64,000 nucleotides of DNA from Escherichia coli. GTDB taxonomy: Bacteria; Pseudomonadota; Gammaproteobacteria; Enterobacterales; Enterobacteriaceae. The notes beneath the pieces are model-generated. The model made no database searches and was not told the DNA's origin. It was given only the letters and a program-made list of their open reading frames with translations. Location of the stretch: NCBI RefSeq assembly GCF_044324785.1, contig NZ_CP172127.1; one strand, given 5' to 3'. Within the stretch, counting starts at the first letter, position 1; each line of letters starts with the position of its first letter. Of the stretch, positions 61,867 to 64,000 are shown piece after piece. Made by a program: the position numbers and the translations under genes.

Positions 61867-62145
61867 TTACATCATATTCATAGGCATATGACATTCCCCC
61901 GCCCCCATTATGTCATTGTGGGTTGATGTTGGGCTTTCATAAAAAAATACATCTTTTTTTGAACTAGCATTAATTATATTTACTTTATACATTAAAATAT
62001 TTTCTCCATCTGGAAATATTTTAGCCACACAATATAAAGCAGCTAAATCCGAATTACTTAAAAATATATTGTCATCACTCATAACTCCAGCCATTAAATG
62101 ACTGGAGACTAAAGCAAGGAAATAACAACATTGTATTGCCTTCAT
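61867..62145 (-). CDS. small secreted protein, candidate immunity protein for the adjacent Rhs C-terminal toxin
   Basis: ATG for MKAIQCCYFLALVSSHLMAG... preceded by a GGGAG RBS; hydrophobic N-terminus; AT-rich; starts 60 bp downstream of the Rhs fragment stop on the same strand. Confidence 0.6.
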   Translation of the reverse strand: MKAIQCCYFLALVSSHLMAGVMSDDNIFLSNSDLAALYCVAKIFPDGENILMYKVNIINASSKKDVFFYESPTSTHNDIMGAGECHMPMNMM

Positions 62146-62205
62146 TTTAATTACTCCCTTGCCTGATAATTGTAACTCCATTCCCTTTAGCTTTGGGATT
62201 ATATT

Positions 62206-63564
62206 TTAGATAGGTGTTATTTGGTGTTCCCAAGTAACTACTGTATTCTTTTTTTCCATTCCATTCATATAAGAATTCGTTAAATCTTTGCTTGAAAAAT
62301 TTAGACTATCATAAACATCATTTTCTTTTGTTACTTTATTTCCTTTATCGTCAGAGTAAAAACCGTGAGTGTGATAATCGCCTACTCTCTCTGAACCTTC
62401 AGGGCGTTTTATATTTCGCAAGTCTACACTATCATTATCATTTGAACTTATCGGATTCATGGGGGAATATTCACCTTGCTTCTTACATATTAGTCCACCA
62501 TATTCTTTATTCTCGTTAATTGATTCTCCATTACACATTGCCAATGCAAATATTCCAATATCATCTATATTTTTTGATTTAAATTCATATAATCCTAATG
62601 GATCCATGCCATTCACCGGGCTCAGCGGATATGTATACAGGTTCCATCCCCCCTTCAGCCCAATCGGATCCTGAGTGATATACCGCCCCTGCAGCGGGTC
62701 ATAATAGCGGTGGCGGTTGTAATACAGGCCGGACTCCTCATCATACTGCTGCCCCGGCAGGCGGATGAGCTGCTGCAGTTGATGCGGGTTCTCTTCATTC
62801 AGCAGATTGCCCCACTCATCGTATTCTGCGCACCATTCTGTTGCCCCTTCCGTGCTGACAAGCGCCAGCGGCAGGCCGCGATGGTCGCAGTGGTACAGGT
62901 GGATTTTTCGCGCCGGCGTGTACACCGGGTCCATCTGGTTTTGCATCTGCTCCACCGTCAGGCCGCACGATGCCAGCCAGCGGCGGCTTTCCTCACTCAC
63001 CCGGTCAGCCAGGATTTCACTTTCCAGCCGGTCGAGCATCTGCACCAGCACCGGCGGGAACACCACACTGCCACCGTCTTCACCGCCGGACTGCTGAAGC
63101 GCATCCGCCAGGCTGCGGCGCTGCGTTTTCGCCAGCTCACCGGTGGCGGTTTCGACCCTGATGAGTGGCGTGAAGCTCCCCGGCTGATAAACCGTCTGGA
63201 TGCGGGTTCTGTCGTTCTGTATCGTGGTCAGCCGGTCGCCGTCCCAGCCGTACCAGGTCACTTCCGGTTTCCGTGACAGCGACATCCAGCCCGTCAGGTC
63301 CCGTTCACGCCGCCACACCCGTTTTGCCACCCTGCGGCCCAGCGGGTCGTAAAGATAGCGACTTTCGACCAGCGGCTCTGCATATTGTGTCCGCGTGTAG
63401 TGCACCAGCCGGTGCTGACTGTCGTAATGGTACCGGTGAGTCCGCTCATCATCCGTGCGGATAACCCCTTCCGGGATGAGGTCGGTTTTCTCTGTCAGCC
63501 TGCCGTGACGGTCATACCGGTAAAGATAGTGCGCGTCACGGGCGATACGGTTATCCGGCCACAT
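62206..63564 (-). CDS. orphan Rhs-family C-terminal fragment: conserved Rhs core end (to DPLGL) fused to a 127-aa variable C-terminal toxin domain
   Basis: Translation ...[14 protein letters not shown]...[15 protein letters not shown]...[17 protein letters not shown]...[45 protein letters not shown] then the AT-rich divergent tail [14 protein letters not shown]...[12 protein letters not shown]...; Rhs-like reading frame extends upstream to about 63650 without an obvious start, and the long N-terminal Rhs body is absent. Confidence 0.82.
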   Translation of the reverse strand: MWPDNRIARDAHYLYRYDRHGRLTEKTDLIPEGVIRTDDERTHRYHYDSQHRLVHYTRTQYAEPLVESRYLYDPLGRRVAKRVWRRERDLTGWMSLSRKPEVTWYGWDGDRLTTIQNDRTRIQTVYQPGSFTPLIRVETATGELAKTQRRSLADALQQSGGEDGGSVVFPPVLVQMLDRLESEILADRVSEESRRWLASCGLTVEQMQNQMDPVYTPARKIHLYHCDHRGLPLALVSTEGATEWCAEYDEWGNLLNEENPHQLQQLIRLPGQQYDEESGLYYNRHRYYDPLQGRYITQDPIGLKGGWNLYTYPLSPVNGMDPLGLYEFKSKNIDDIGIFALAMCNGESINENKEYGGLICKKQGEYSPMNPISSNDNDSVDLRNIKRPEGSERVGDYHTHGFYSDDKGNKVTKENDVYDSLNFSSKDLTNSYMNGMEKKNTVVTWEHQITPI

Positions 63565-63678
63565 GCTGAGGGTGCTGTCCGGGTGCAGCTCCGGGTCGGG
63601 CAGGCGGTTGCCTGCCGGGTCCGTGGCATACGGGATATCAATGCCCAGGTTACATATAATAAGAGCAATTAACTTAAT

Positions 63679-63936
63679 TTATTTGTTTATAATGCGCTTA
63701 CTTAATACAAACCATTGAATATACCCTCCTGACAGAAAATAAAGCCATGTTATTATCGCCATAATATACTTACTATCAATCCTTACGCCAATAATGTCTG
63801 AAACAGTCCCTATAAATATTAGAGCAATAAAGAATACTATGCCTGTTGGAAAACATATTACCATCATTCCATAAGACATGAGACTAATTAACTCGCTCAC
63901 ATCACGAGTGGAGTCTAATAGTGAAAGTCTATGCAT
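63679..63936 (-). CDS. small hydrophobic protein (two predicted TM helices), possible immunity protein of an upstream toxin module
   Basis: 85-aa ORF MHRLSLLDSTRDVSELISLMSYGMMVICFPTGIVFFIALIFIGTVSDIIGV...; AT-rich; directly upstream of the Rhs fragment on the same strand; close to window edge. Confidence 0.4.
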   Translation of the reverse strand: MHRLSLLDSTRDVSELISLMSYGMMVICFPTGIVFFIALIFIGTVSDIIGVRIDSKYIMAIITWLYFLSGGYIQWFVLSKRIINK

Positions 63937-64000
63937 GGAAAAGAATAGTATTAAAAGCGATAAAGCCAGCCATGTAGCTCTGAATAAAAAAATAATACAT

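Overview
Enterobacterial chromosome (E. coli/Shigella type), recognised by reading the ORF translations and RNA sequences; no database search was run. The window is the reverse complement of the E. coli K-12 murB - rrnB - murI - btuB - trmA - yijD - fabR - sthA - oxyR/oxyS - argHBC/argE - ppc - eptC - yijO - frwD-pflCD-frwBC - ptsA - fsaB - gldA - yijF - yijE - katG - metF - metLB - metJ - yiiX region. Three segments are not part of that conserved backbone as I recall it. (1) About 13 kb between oxyS and argH: an MFS transporter plus an RspA/ManD-like dehydratase split by an intact IS1 with a 9-bp target duplication, a diverged direct repeat of the oxyS 3' half, a DeoR-regulated sugar ABC transporter / FGGY kinase / UlaE-like 3-epimerase operon, and a frameshifted araD-like 4-epimerase. 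(2) About 3 kb between metF and metL: a secreted UshA-like phosphoesterase and a Cys-rich 376-aa protein of unknown function, divergently transcribed around a perfect CRP consensus site. (3) After yiiX: a degenerate IS1-family element, then an orphan Rhs C-terminal toxin fragment with a small downstream immunity-like gene and a further small membrane protein at the window edge. The Rhs orphan toxin/immunity module and the metF-metL insertion are the best candidates for something undescribed. Start codons were adjusted from the ORF track where the conserved protein start was recognisable.
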